Positions 30,117-40,381 of a stretch of DNA of 64,000 nt are shown piece by piece. The DNA comes from a virus (taxonomy: Duplodnaviria; Caudoviricetes): positions 42,651-106,650 of IMG/VR virus record IMGVR_UViG_3300038345_000087, one strand, 5' to 3'. The notes beneath the pieces are model-generated. The model ran no database searches. It was not told where the DNA came from and was given only the letters and a program-made list of their open reading frames with translations. The stretch's first letter is position 1; each line of letters starts with the position of its first letter. Position numbers and translations under genes: made by a program.

Positions 30117-31391
30117 ATGCCAAATCAAGCTCCCGTTTTCATCGGCAAAGAGGCTCTTACGCACGTTGCCGAGACTGTAGGCAAACAGATCATCATGGGT
30201 CCTGCCTACAACGACCCTGAACTGCTCGACCGCTTGGGCATTCAGGTGATTTCTGGTGTGCAGTTTAAGAAAACTGACCACCTGCTCGTTCGCAAGGGTG
30301 GCACCACACGCCGTAAGGTGGTTGGTACTCCCGTAGAGAACAAGATTGGCTTCCTCAAGGAACGCACGCTCGTCGCAAAGCTGACCTGGAACCGTTACAA
30401 GGACAACATCGACAACTATGTTGAGACTGTCTTTGGTACGGACGGTAAGCCTGGTGGCGACTACCCATTCTCTACGATTGCGGCTACCGCTATTCTGGCT
30501 TCCTATGCCGAGGATCTTCAGGCATGTCTCTTCTTCGGCGACATGTCATTGGAGAATGACCCCGACGAGGCAAAGCAGAAGCTCTCTCTCTACGATGGTT
30601 TCCACACCGACATGGCAAAGGACATGGAGGAGGGTATCATCAGTGCCGAGAACAAGAACCTCATCCCTTGCGACGCTATCGCTGCTCCTACCAACGCTCA
30701 CGACTCCACTCCGTTCGACACGGTGCTGGAATGGTACACCAAGTGGGATGCTCGTCTGCGCCAGCAGAAGGATGTGCGTCTCGTCTGCGACATCTTGCGC
30801 GGTATCTATATCGCACAGGGCTATGCCAACAAGTACCACGGCAACAGCAAGGTGAAGTACCTCGACAATGGCAACTTCACTGTGCCTGAAATGCCTCGCG
30901 TGCAGTTCGTTCCTACCGACGCTTGGGGTGTTGGAACTCGCCTCGCTGCTTGGATCCCCAACAACCTCCAGTATGGTGTTGACTCTGAGAGCAACCAGAG
31001 CTTCGTCAAGACGCAGTTCGGCTCCGATGACGATGCTCAGGACGTAATCTTCCAGATTCAGTCCATCCAGGGCACTCGTCTGATGAACCCGCTCTCCAGC
31101 GCATTCGTGATGACGAACGGCTCTATCGCTGAGAACGTCATCAACGGCGACTACACCAACTCCAAGTTGGTTGTCAACGTAGATCCTAATGCTGGTGGCA
31201 CCGTGACTGTCAACGGCGAAGCCTACACCGAACCCGTAGAGTTCGCTGCTAACGACATCATCACACTCGTGGCTACTCCTGCCGAGGGCAAGCACTTCAA
31301 GTCTTGGTCTAATGGCAAGACTACTGCGACCATCACAGTAACGGCTACGGGTCTGCCTATGGCTCTCACTGCGTTCTTCGAGAACAACTAA
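30117..31391 (+). CDS. Major capsid protein with C-terminal Ig-like domain
   Basis: Follows the protease; strongly biased codon use; tail GGTVTV...ITLVATPAEGKHFKSWS. Confidence 0.75.
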   Translation: MPNQAPVFIGKEALTHVAETVGKQIIMGPAYNDPELLDRLGIQVISGVQFKKTDHLLVRKGGTTRRKVVGTPVENKIGFLKERTLVAKLTWNRYKDNIDNYVETVFGTDGKPGGDYPFSTIAATAILASYAEDLQACLFFGDMSLENDPDEAKQKLSLYDGFHTDMAKDMEEGIISAENKNLIPCDAIAAPTNAHDSTPFDTVLEWYTKWDARLRQQKDVRLVCDILRGIYIAQGYANKYHGNSKVKYLDNGNFTVPEMPRVQFVPTDAWGVGTRLAAWIPNNLQYGVDSESNQSFVKTQFGSDDDAQDVIFQIQSIQGTRLMNPLSSAFVMTNGSIAENVINGDYTNSKLVVNVDPNAGGTVTVNGEAYTEPVEFAANDIITLVATPAEGKHFKSWSNGKTTATITVTATGLPMALTAFFENN

Positions 31392-31483
31392 ACCCTTGGG
31401 GAGTGTGCGGCGTGGTTATGCCACGCCGACCTCCTCCCCATGATTCTGTAATCGAAATTATCAACTCGTAAATTTATAAGATT

Positions 31484-32044
31484 ATGCCTACACCTACTGT
31501 TACATGTCCCACGCTGACTGACTTCCTCAATGAGGAACAGTGCTTGGAGAACATCGCTGGTACAAGTGCTATCGCATATTACTTTGTCAAGAGCGATTTG
31601 GCTGCGCCTCTCACTCGTTCTGGCTGCGTATATTCGACTCCCACTTTCAAGACTGGCAAGGGTCTCTACAAGTTCGACCTCAAGGACGGCTCACAGAAGA
31701 TCGAAGGCGAGAGCCAGGGCAACAACAAGGGTTTCAACCTGACTTACGACGCTGTGCTTGACGCAGTGAACAAGAAGGCTGCTGAACTCTCTCGTGCGCT
31801 CAACAATCTCGACATCGGTATCATCGTGCCTGACAACGAGGACACACAGATCATGTATGACCCCAACCATCGTGTGAAATGCGATACCGGCGGTATCAAA
31901 TCGACCACGGGTGCCGCTCCTGGCGATGAGCGCAACACGACGTTGCAGTTCAAGCTCGAAGGTGTCCACTACGACAACCTGTATGTCACTCCTCCTTCTG
32001 CTGAAGGTGGTTGGGATTCTCTGCTCGCATCCGCTGGTTCTTAA
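31484..32044 (+). CDS. Structural protein, probable major tail tube
   Basis: 186 aa, beta-rich, codon bias like the capsid gene. Confidence 0.55.
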   Translation: MPTPTVTCPTLTDFLNEEQCLENIAGTSAIAYYFVKSDLAAPLTRSGCVYSTPTFKTGKGLYKFDLKDGSQKIEGESQGNNKGFNLTYDAVLDAVNKKAAELSRALNNLDIGIIVPDNEDTQIMYDPNHRVKCDTGGIKSTTGAAPGDERNTTLQFKLEGVHYDNLYVTPPSAEGGWDSLLASAGS

Positions 32045-32110
32045 TTCGCGTTCGACCAAAGAAACGCTTGTACTCGTTACCCCCTCGGCTTTCTGCCGCT
32101 CCTATCAATG

Positions 32111-32140
32111 CCCGCTGGTTCATACCAGCGGGTTTTCTTT
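32111..32140 (+). terminator. Hairpin element copy with U-tract
   Basis: cccgctgg-ttcata-ccagcggg then ttttcttt. Confidence 0.7.
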
Positions 32141-32179
32141 TGTAACCGTATTCATTTTCGGGGAAAATCCCCTAAAATT

Positions 32180-32213
32180 GTTCCGCTACACAAAATCCCC
32201 CGTTTTACCTTTG
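32180..32213 (+). promoter_or_regulatory. Putative phage late promoter
   Basis: GTTCCG-N20-TACCTTTG upstream of ATG 32258. Confidence 0.7.
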
Positions 32214-32257
32214 CGTCAGTAATTCATAAATTCATTAAATCATTCATTCATCATTTC

Positions 32258-33445
32258 ATGGAAACAAAACTTTTTACCCAACTTTCGGCTACCGAGAAAC
32301 AGACGTGGCTCGAAAACTATCAGACATGGCTCACTAAACTTCCAGCCATTGAAAAGGCGACTAACATCACCTCTACTCTTCGTGCTGACATCGAAGAAGG
32401 TTTAACCCTCCTGGCTGCATTTCCTTACTGCCGTTCGTTTGTGGCTGAAGCATTCCGTTTCAAGGATTACAAGTACCGCCTCAAACTGATTCGTCGCTAT
32501 GCCGACCAAGTAACGGCTGACGCAAAAGAAATCATGCAGAAAACCATTGACCTTTCTGATCCATCCCTGCTTGTGCCTCATGTTGGCCGTCCCACCAAGG
32601 AGGAAGCCGCTGCTCGTGCCATGAAAGCAGAACAGGAACGTATCGAGAAGGAGGCGAACGAAGAAACGCTATTCGGTAAGAAGGCTGACATCCCAACCGT
32701 GGAACCAGCGGCTCCCGCTACGGTGTCTGGTTCACTCATCGGCGATGCCCGTCTGCATCTGGATCAGTTGAAGTGGTTGCTCTCCCCTACTCTGCAAGAG
32801 GCTGTGGATAGTGTTCACGAACTCCGCACCAAAGCCGCCGAAGCAGCTACCATCGCAAAGCAGATGGCAACGGACGGCAAACCTGAGAAGGATATAGAAC
32901 CGTTTGCTCAGGAGGCGGCTGAAAAGACTGAGGCGTATGAAAACATCTATGCTCGTGTAGATGACGAAATGGCTCGCGTTTATGTCCGTTTGAAGGAGGA
33001 TAAGACTTTCATCGCATCTATTCAGGCAAAGAAGATTGACCCGTCTGAACTGCGTACCATGTTGCGCCCATATTGGGACAAACTGGAAGATGGAGATAAG
33101 GAGAAGGTGAAGAATGAGGTCATAGACTTCATCAAGGCTAACGACCCCGAACAGGCTGCTATCCGCGAGAAGGAGGAGAAGAAGAAAAAGGCTGCTGCCG
33201 ATATCATCAAATACCTCCAGCGCAAGGATAAGGTGAATACGGAAAAACGTATTGCTGGAATGAAGGCAAAATTCGAGGAACTGAAGGCTCTCATTGGTGA
33301 GGAAGAAGCGAACATTTATCTTCCAGTGCTCAATGCGGCCATTGAGGATTACGAAAAGAACGTGAAGCCGAAGAAGGAGGCTGATAAGGCCGAGAAGGAG
33401 GCTAAAAAGGCCGCAAAGACAGCGGAAAAGAAAGATAAAAAGTAG
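32258..33445 (+). CDS. Helical Lys/Glu-rich hypothetical protein
   Basis: Start moved to ATG 32258, downstream of the promoter. Confidence 0.65.
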   Translation: METKLFTQLSATEKQTWLENYQTWLTKLPAIEKATNITSTLRADIEEGLTLLAAFPYCRSFVAEAFRFKDYKYRLKLIRRYADQVTADAKEIMQKTIDLSDPSLLVPHVGRPTKEEAAARAMKAEQERIEKEANEETLFGKKADIPTVEPAAPATVSGSLIGDARLHLDQLKWLLSPTLQEAVDSVHELRTKAAEAATIAKQMATDGKPEKDIEPFAQEAAEKTEAYENIYARVDDEMARVYVRLKEDKTFIASIQAKKIDPSELRTMLRPYWDKLEDGDKEKVKNEVIDFIKANDPEQAAIREKEEKKKKAAADIIKYLQRKDKVNTEKRIAGMKAKFEELKALIGEEEANIYLPVLNAAIEDYEKNVKPKKEADKAEKEAKKAAKTAEKKDKK

Positions 33446-33450
33446 TGCTC

Positions 33451-34182
33451 ATGTCTAAGCCTTCACCTCAATACTTCGACCTCGTGGAACGCTGGATATT
33501 GGGCGGTGTGACCATCGAAAAGGTGATCATGTCGCCCGACCAGCGGTACCGCGCTCTTGCTGCCTACGAAGCATACCAGATTTGGCTTCAGGACAAACAA
33601 ATCCGTCCGACGGACATCATGCGTCGCATCGCAGCTCGCGAATACCCTATCATTCTCAAAAAAGCGGAATCCGGCGACCCGACGGCTCAGGAGTATGTGC
33701 GTGCCTTAAATCTTGTACCAGGCAAACAACGTACCATTACGGAGATATCCAATGACGTGGCTCTCTTTAATCACCTCATTGGCGTTTTTGACACGCCAAC
33801 GGAGAATATCGAGAAGGCAAAGGTGATGGATGCCTCAGACTGGCTTATTCGGGAAGGGATGAAAATGGGTGATGCCCGCGCCGTAAAGTCTGGTGCGGAC
33901 ATCAAAATGCAGATGAACAATAACTTCCAAGAGAAGGAATCACCGACCGACCAAATGCCGAACGTGGAAATCAATATCACTGGCGATGTATCTGTTATCA
34001 AGCGTGACCGTGTGAACTACACTGATGAGGAGAAAAAGAAGTATGCACGTCAATATGGACTCACTCAAAAACAGGTGCAGGAACTCGTACAGCAGCCAGA
34101 CGGCTCATGGGAAATTCCGTCAGACAATGCAGAACCGAATCCAGACCTAAATCCTGATATTTTCATAGCCAATGAAGAATAG
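33451..34182 (+). CDS. Candidate terminase small subunit
   Basis: Directly upstream of and overlapping TerL; positional call. Confidence 0.5.
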   Translation: MSKPSPQYFDLVERWILGGVTIEKVIMSPDQRYRALAAYEAYQIWLQDKQIRPTDIMRRIAAREYPIILKKAESGDPTAQEYVRALNLVPGKQRTITEISNDVALFNHLIGVFDTPTENIEKAKVMDASDWLIREGMKMGDARAVKSGADIKMQMNNNFQEKESPTDQMPNVEINITGDVSVIKRDRVNYTDEEKKKYARQYGLTQKQVQELVQQPDGSWEIPSDNAEPNPDLNPDIFIANEE

Positions 34183-36166
34183 CCGTCGTGATGTATATAT
34201 GAACGCGATGCAGCAACGCATCTACTATTCCAATGCCCGTGATGTGCGGTTGTTGGCTTCGCGTCGTTTTGGAAAGACAGACGGCTCTATCGGTCCTCGT
34301 ATTTACCGTGTCAGTATGTCGATGGAACGAGCAACGAACATCTGGCTTGGTAATAGTCGTAAGCAGCTCTACACTCGTACAGTCCCTGGCACTATCGCGG
34401 CCATTGAGCGTTTCTTCGGGCTTCAGGAAGGAAGGCATTTTGGATGGGGGAAACCGCCTCGATGGGTGCCAGACCCTATCATCAAACCTAAGACATGGGA
34501 TAATATAGTGTGGTTCGCAAACGGAACGATATGGCAACTTGTGTCACTCGGTGTCACAGGTTCTGCCAACTCTATTACGGCAAATTCCATCGTGGGCGAT
34601 GAGTGTAAATTCATGTCTAAGGCTAAGATTGATGGTGAGGTAATGGCGGCTTTGTCAGGTATTGTGCATCCGCTTGGAGATCCTGCATTTACCGAAAACA
34701 ATCCTCTCTTCAAATCCACCTTCTTCGCTTCTGATGCCTCGCTGACGGTCAAAGGAAACTGGCTTGAAAAGGAAGAGAAAAAATTGGAAGCACACCCCGA
34801 AAATGGTCCTTTCCAGAAGATGTCATACCGTGCCATCCAAGAGGAATTGACGGCGTATGCGGAGAAAGTGATGTTTTACAATGAACTTCTCAGAAACGCA
34901 AAACGTGATAATTGCAAGATTCAGGTGCTTCGTGCAGAACAGATAGCTGCTGTTCGGGCGAAGGCTGAAGCAATGATGAACCATGAAGGCCCGTTCCGCA
35001 TCCTTCCTAACTATGGCCGGCGCATCAATAAAGCGATGTTGGATCAGTGTATCGCATACAAACTGATTACACCCGATGAAGCGGAATTGCTATTCTGCCA
35101 TCAATATCTCATCACGCCTGAACAGGATTTTGAATTGCAGATGATAGCAAATTCAAAGTCTTATCAGAAGCGCATCCGTGAATTACAATGTAATGCTTTT
35201 ACGTTCTGGCGCGGCACAACGCTTGACAATATCGACCTCCTTGGGGATGCTTACATCGCAAAGATGAAGCGTGATCTTCCACCTATCGTCTTTGCCATTT
35301 CTATCTTGAACCTTAAACAGGCAAAATGTAACGATGGCTTCTATTCCAATCTTGATATAGAGAATGTTCATGGCTACATTCCTGAAGAATGTCCGGCCAT
35401 TGAACAGCAGATGACAAAGCGCACGGCTTCTACTATCCACGGAGGACAGCAGATAGATATGGAGTATGAGACTCCTGATTTCGGAGAACTCCAGAAGTTG
35501 AAGGATTGCACGCTGGATGGTGATGTGGTGGATGCCCTGCCGCTTTATATCGCGATGGATTATAACGCTAACATCAACTGGATTGTCACAGGACAAATGT
35601 ACCGACGTGATAATCAGGAATGCCTTAATGTCATTTCTTCCATGTTTGTAAAGAATGAACGCAAACTTCGGGAATTGGCGGGTGACTGGCACCATTATTA
35701 TAAACCGAAAATGGGTAAGTGCCGTGATGTGGTCTTTTTCTATGACTCTACGGCAAAGTTCCGTGGATATGCCATTGAAGGGGCTGAGGACTTCAAGGAT
35801 GTCATCATCAATAGTCTTACATCTTTTGGCTGGAATGTACGACCTGTTCCTATGGGTGCTCCGTTTGAACATGAAATGAAATATAAGGAAATCAACGAAG
35901 CCCTTGCTGGTCTCTCCTACCCCGCTATCCGCTTTAATCGTGATAATAATGAGGCTCTGATTGTCGCGCTTCAGACAGCAGAGGTTTCCATCGGTTATAA
36001 AGGTTTCCGCAAATCAAAAGCGGGTGAAAAACTCTCCGAGGATGCTGACGATGCGGTACGTCTTGAATACCGAACAGACGGGACGGATGCTTTTGACACA
36101 CTTTTCATCGGAGTTAAGCATTTCCTCAACTCTATGTCTGGACTGTGCCTACCTCTTGGAGATTGA
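34172..36166 (+). CDS. terL: Terminase large subunit
   Basis: Walker A ASRRFGKT, Walker B SIVGDE, nuclease motifs IAMDYN and DGTDAFD. Confidence 0.9.
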   Translation: MKNSRRDVYMNAMQQRIYYSNARDVRLLASRRFGKTDGSIGPRIYRVSMSMERATNIWLGNSRKQLYTRTVPGTIAAIERFFGLQEGRHFGWGKPPRWVPDPIIKPKTWDNIVWFANGTIWQLVSLGVTGSANSITANSIVGDECKFMSKAKIDGEVMAALSGIVHPLGDPAFTENNPLFKSTFFASDASLTVKGNWLEKEEKKLEAHPENGPFQKMSYRAIQEELTAYAEKVMFYNELLRNAKRDNCKIQVLRAEQIAAVRAKAEAMMNHEGPFRILPNYGRRINKAMLDQCIAYKLITPDEAELLFCHQYLITPEQDFELQMIANSKSYQKRIRELQCNAFTFWRGTTLDNIDLLGDAYIAKMKRDLPPIVFAISILNLKQAKCNDGFYSNLDIENVHGYIPEECPAIEQQMTKRTASTIHGGQQIDMEYETPDFGELQKLKDCTLDGDVVDALPLYIAMDYNANINWIVTGQMYRRDNQECLNVISSMFVKNERKLRELAGDWHHYYKPKMGKCRDVVFFYDSTAKFRGYAIEGAEDFKDVIINSLTSFGWNVRPVPMGAPFEHEMKYKEINEALAGLSYPAIRFNRDNNEALIVALQTAEVSIGYKGFRKSKAGEKLSEDADDAVRLEYRTDGTDAFDTLFIGVKHFLNSMSGLCLPLGD

Positions 36167-36176
36167 AAAATCATTT

Positions 36177-36210
36177 GTTCCGCTCGCCTTTCTGGTACGA
36201 TGTATCTTTG
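36177..36210 (+). promoter_or_regulatory. Putative phage late promoter
   Basis: GTTCCG-N20-TATCTTTG upstream of the tail-fibre/DGR genes. Confidence 0.7.
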
Positions 36211-36249
36211 CTTCCGTAATTAAAATAACTCCCCTAAAATGGTTTCGAC

Positions 36250-36711
36250 ATGACAGCCATCGATTTTTACTACCACACTGAAGATAGCAATTTCTATTCT
36301 TCAACACTTGAAGGTGGTGTGAACGTACAACTGACGTTTAACACTCCGAACCCTGTTCGCGTCACACTGGAAACTCGTCTTGACGAAGATTTGCCTTGGA
36401 CGTTTATGCGCACAATGATGGCTTCTGAAAGCCTCTTGTTTTCACTCTCTCGATATGCCGAAGGGCAGCAGTTCCGCGTTCGTTGTTCCGTTCGTCCGGC
36501 TACAGCAAACCATTCTCCGATTGACCCTGGTGCAGTACCTACGGATGAAGAATTTAATGAATTGACGCAGAGAGTGGTTGATCTCGAAGAGGGAAACGAA
36601 CCCCTGGTGCTTTCTATCAATCCTGAGACGGGAAATCTCGAACAGGAAGGTGTTTCTTCTGGCACATTCTCTATCGACACCGAAACAGGACACCTCTGTT
36701 TTGAAAGTTAG
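36250..36711 (+). CDS. Hypothetical structural protein
   Basis: C-terminal repeat SINPETGNL / SIDTETGHL. Confidence 0.55.
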   Translation: MTAIDFYYHTEDSNFYSSTLEGGVNVQLTFNTPNPVRVTLETRLDEDLPWTFMRTMMASESLLFSLSRYAEGQQFRVRCSVRPATANHSPIDPGAVPTDEEFNELTQRVVDLEEGNEPLVLSINPETGNLEQEGVSSGTFSIDTETGHLCFES

Positions 36712-36735
36712 TAAATCTCTAAATAGTATATCATC

Positions 36736-37113
36736 ATGCCTACAAAGAAGATTATCGGTCGAATTATTCCCTTCTCGCGTGGGGAGTATGACGCTACCTA
36801 CAATTATGACGTGTTAGACCAGGTACAATCGGCTACGGCTATTTACCAGTCTCGTAAACCAAACAATCTCGGACACCCCGTGACTGACACGGAATGGTGG
36901 ACGAAGTACTTTGACGTTGGCGCGGCTATTGAAGCGGCCACTTCACAAGAGACTCCTGAAGCTCAGTCTGGTGCGGTGGTGCGTCGTATCATGGCAATCG
37001 ATCAGAACGGACAGCCTTGTTCCATCACGCCCGCTGTTCTGGTGAACTACGTGCTTGAAAACCTCCTGTCTTACGACCTTTTGGCCATCGAGCGTAACAA
37101 CAACGACGATTAA
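36736..37113 (+). CDS. Small structural protein
   Basis: RGEYDATYNYDVLDQV...NLGHPVTDTEWW motif of phage tail accessory domains. Confidence 0.55.
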   Translation: MPTKKIIGRIIPFSRGEYDATYNYDVLDQVQSATAIYQSRKPNNLGHPVTDTEWWTKYFDVGAAIEAATSQETPEAQSGAVVRRIMAIDQNGQPCSITPAVLVNYVLENLLSYDLLAIERNNNDD

Positions 37114-37157
37114 AGTACTGTGCCCCGTGGTTTACTCACGAGGATAAAGATTAGAAT

Positions 37158-38342
37158 ATGAAAAGACTCAATAACTCTCAACCACTGGCGGTCACTACAA
37201 CATTCAGACCACTCAACACCTCTATGCACATTGAGGTGATGGGTGGTTTGTCATCGTTGCAGTTTTACCGTCAGACGTTGCAGGAGTGGGTGCCAGATCA
37301 TTCCATCGCTCCTGTCATCGATGCGCATGGTACGCAGACGGATGGAGCTATGCGATTGAGGGCTGTGTATTCTATCATCGACCCTGACAACAATTTGAAC
37401 ACCAACGACCTGGTGCCGCAAATTTTCTGGTATGTCGATGGTACACAAGTCACGTCAACGGATTCTACACAGGACTACTACATCGTTGGCAATATCCTCT
37501 ACGTCCGTAAGAACTTCACGCATTTGTTGGGCGCGAATATCTATTGTGAGTGCCGTTTCACTGACACCCGTACATCAACGCCATTCGTATTGTCAGACAC
37601 GTTGCCGCTGACAGCAATACTGCAAGCAGATGAACAATGGAGTATCAACATCTTGTGCGACCGTACACGAAAGCATTTTCCGCTTCATGCTGCAACAACC
37701 ATCTACTCTTTTGAGGCAGAAGCACGTCAGGGTAGTGCCGATAAAACGGATGCGGTGGCGTGGTTCTGGGATTATTCCATTGACAGAGGAGAGCATTGGC
37801 TGACGATTACAGACGATTGCCTCTGGTACGTTAGTGGTAAGAACGCATCCACATTATCTGTTGACATGGATTTCATCGAGAGTATCATGGTGCGCTGTCG
37901 TATCGGCACTGCAAATGGTACTTCTACGGTGGCTCCAGATCTTCCAAACGAGGCTACGGCATGTATCGCATGGCGTTTGCCTAAGATCATTCCTGTTGTG
38001 TTCTCATACGGTGGCGACCGCATATTTGCCGAAAACTCATTTATGACTTTCGGGCTGATTGTGCATGTCACCAAGCATAACGACTTGACAGAGGAACAAC
38101 AACGTCATTGGCTGATGTGCGATTGGGCTGTGCGCCGTCAAGGTAGCAACGACACGCCTGTTGCGCTCGGTGCATACGGATTGGAGGTCGTGGTGCCACA
38201 ACGCTTCATCTATGACACGTCTGGAGCGAAGTTTATCGTGGATCCTCGCTGCGCTATCCGTGGTGTATATGACATCATAGCCGACCCGTCAGGCGAAGTG
38301 TTCCAATCGGCTTCGGGCCATGAGCTTGCTATCCGTACATAG
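37158..38342 (+). CDS. Tail-associated protein with Ig-like domains
   Basis: WYVDG, W..S.D.G..W, VRCRI patterns. Confidence 0.55.
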   Translation: MKRLNNSQPLAVTTTFRPLNTSMHIEVMGGLSSLQFYRQTLQEWVPDHSIAPVIDAHGTQTDGAMRLRAVYSIIDPDNNLNTNDLVPQIFWYVDGTQVTSTDSTQDYYIVGNILYVRKNFTHLLGANIYCECRFTDTRTSTPFVLSDTLPLTAILQADEQWSINILCDRTRKHFPLHAATTIYSFEAEARQGSADKTDAVAWFWDYSIDRGEHWLTITDDCLWYVSGKNASTLSVDMDFIESIMVRCRIGTANGTSTVAPDLPNEATACIAWRLPKIIPVVFSYGGDRIFAENSFMTFGLIVHVTKHNDLTEEQQRHWLMCDWAVRRQGSNDTPVALGAYGLEVVVPQRFIYDTSGAKFIVDPRCAIRGVYDIIADPSGEVFQSASGHELAIRT

Positions 38343-38384
38343 TAGTTAATTCGTAAATAATAATAACCCTTAAAAAAAGACAAG

Positions 38385-39635
38385 ATGAAAAAAGCGAAAA
38401 CTTCTCTTGCATCTGGTGAAGGCATAGCCAAAGTGTTGTGCTTGACCAGTCTTGACAACCTCTATGAGGCTACGCCGGAAGAGGTGAACAACAGCGCGAT
38501 TCCATCCACTGTTGTAGGTGCGCTCACTTCCAGTCTCACGCTGGAACAGAACTCTAATCCTGCCATCACGGTCAAAAACCGTGGAGCGGCTGAACTCTAT
38601 CAGGGTCAAATGGGCGGATATGCCTTCTTCATCAAGGATGGCAAAGTCTATGCGGCAAAACTGAATGGAGGTGATTGGACGAAGTTTGCCGATGGCACTC
38701 CTTTCACATCTGCTCTGGAGCAAGTGTGTGAAACAATGGTACATGTGCCTGACTGCCATTTCAAAGGCGAAGGTAAGACTCTCCACTTCGGCGGTCTCGT
38801 GCCTATCGATGGAGGCCATGTGTTTGAGTCTCCTCATTGGGTAGGTGCATACAAGATCTGGCTTGATGCCAACAACAAGGCACATTCGCGCCCCGACAAG
38901 ACTCCTGCTCACTCTAAGACGATGAGCAACTTCTGGACTTATGCACAGAACCTCGGTACTGAGTTTGGTCTGGCTAACTACCAGTTCCATTGTCTCATCA
39001 ATGCGCTCTTCCAGGCACGCTATGGCAATCTCAATTCTCAGAGCGTCATCGGTGCTGGCTTCCAGACTTCTTCGTGGGAGGCTGCTCGTGATGTGCCAAT
39101 GGGTCTTACAAAGGCTCTTGGTGATGGATCTGGTAGAGTGTTCTACACAGATGGTACTATCGGCGACCAGTACCCCGTTAAACTCTTCGGCTTCGAGGAT
39201 CTTTGGGGCAAACTCTGGGAGTTCCGTCCTGGCATCCGTTTCTACATGGATGACACCGTGCGTAAGGCTGTTGTCTATTCAGGCAACAAAGTCAGCAACA
39301 CGGCTACGGGTCGTGAGTTTGTGTGCAGCCTTACTACTCAGAGCGGTAGCGGCACTTATGCCAAGTCAATGGAACTTGGTGAGTGGTGGGACATGATAGC
39401 TCAGTCTGTCAATGGCTCTGACTCTACGTACTATTGCGATGGCTTCTGGTACGCTACGACTGGAGAGCTGCTGGGCGTCGGGGGTCGCGCGGCTTACGGT
39501 GCGCTATGCGGGCTTTCGTCTGCGGGCTCGACTGGCGCTTTCTCGCGCTCGGCCTCGGACATCGGTGCTCGTCTGGCCTTCTACGGTGAGCCGGAAATCG
39601 TTAGCGGTGCGCAGCTGGTGGCCTTGACCGCCTGA
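38385..39635 (+). CDS. DGR target protein 1, probable C-type-lectin-fold receptor-binding protein
   Basis: VKLFGFEDLWGKLWEF motif; C-terminal VR1 ending IGARLAF; adjacent to TR and RT. Confidence 0.9.
   Translation: MKKAKTSLASGEGIAKVLCLTSLDNLYEATPEEVNNSAIPSTVVGALTSSLTLEQNSNPAITVKNRGAAELYQGQMGGYAFFIKDGKVYAAKLNGGDWTKFADGTPFTSALEQVCETMVHVPDCHFKGEGKTLHFGGLVPIDGGHVFESPHWVGAYKIWLDANNKAHSRPDKTPAHSKTMSNFWTYAQNLGTEFGLANYQFHCLINALFQARYGNLNSQSVIGAGFQTSSWEAARDVPMGLTKALGDGSGRVFYTDGTIGDQYPVKLFGFEDLWGKLWEFRPGIRFYMDDTVRKAVVYSGNKVSNTATGREFVCSLTTQSGSGTYAKSMELGEWWDMIAQSVNGSDSTYYCDGFWYATTGELLGVGGRAAYGALCGLSSAGSTGAFSRSASDIGARLAFYGEPEIVSGAQLVALTA
39465..39575 (+). repeat. DGR variable repeat VR1
   Basis: 111 nt ungapped match to TR; 22 mismatches, 21 at TR adenines and one T>G. 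Confidence 0.95.
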
Positions 39636-39982
39636 TAAGGCGGGTCATTGGCCAGCCGGCTTGCGTGACCGCTCCTGCTGGCCATGACCGCCTCTGTCGC
39701 GTATTTAGCAACCACTAATAATAAGTAGTAATAACCATTTAACAAAATCATCAGAGGACAGGCCGCAAGCGGCGACCATCCTAAAACAATTTGACATATT
39801 GAGACAACGACGTGGAACAGGTTGTACTTCCTGAACACACATAAACCAATAAGCATCTTTGCCGAGGAAGAGTTGAATAGTTCGAGATTCTTCTACAGCT
39901 TTCTTGGAGAACAAAGGTGTAGGGACGGAGTGATTGGTGGTTCTCCACCGAGAATTTCATCCCGAAAAGGCAATAAATCGTG

Positions 39983-40093
39983 GAGCTGCTGAACGTCGGG
40001 GGTAACGCGAATAACGGTGCGCAATGCGGTATTTCGTATGCGAACTCGAATAACGCTTTCTCGAACTCGAACACGAACATCGGTGCTCGTCTG
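39983..40093 (+). ncRNA. DGR template repeat (TR)
   Basis: Intergenic; 27 adenines, 10 AAY codons in the VR frame; followed by aaattt where both VRs have gccttc. Confidence 0.95.
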
Positions 40094-40381
40094 AAATTTT
40101 ACACTAATTATCCACTGTTTATCTCTACCGGCCTCGTGTAGGTCAACGGGGATGAGCACACGATTGAGCCTGACTCGATGGAAGGATATAGGGTGTGCAA
40201 AGCGGTTTTCCCGCTTTGACCTCCTATCCTGACAGAGCGAACACATAAAGGCGTAGGGTGTTATGAGTCCCCTCGCGCAAGTAAGCAAGGCAGTTGTACG
40301 CCTATACCGAAAGCCCGTGAGCCGAGAAGTGTAGAAGGCATAACCGTTTCCGTAATCAATTTGTCTCGTAAAAGAAGAACG

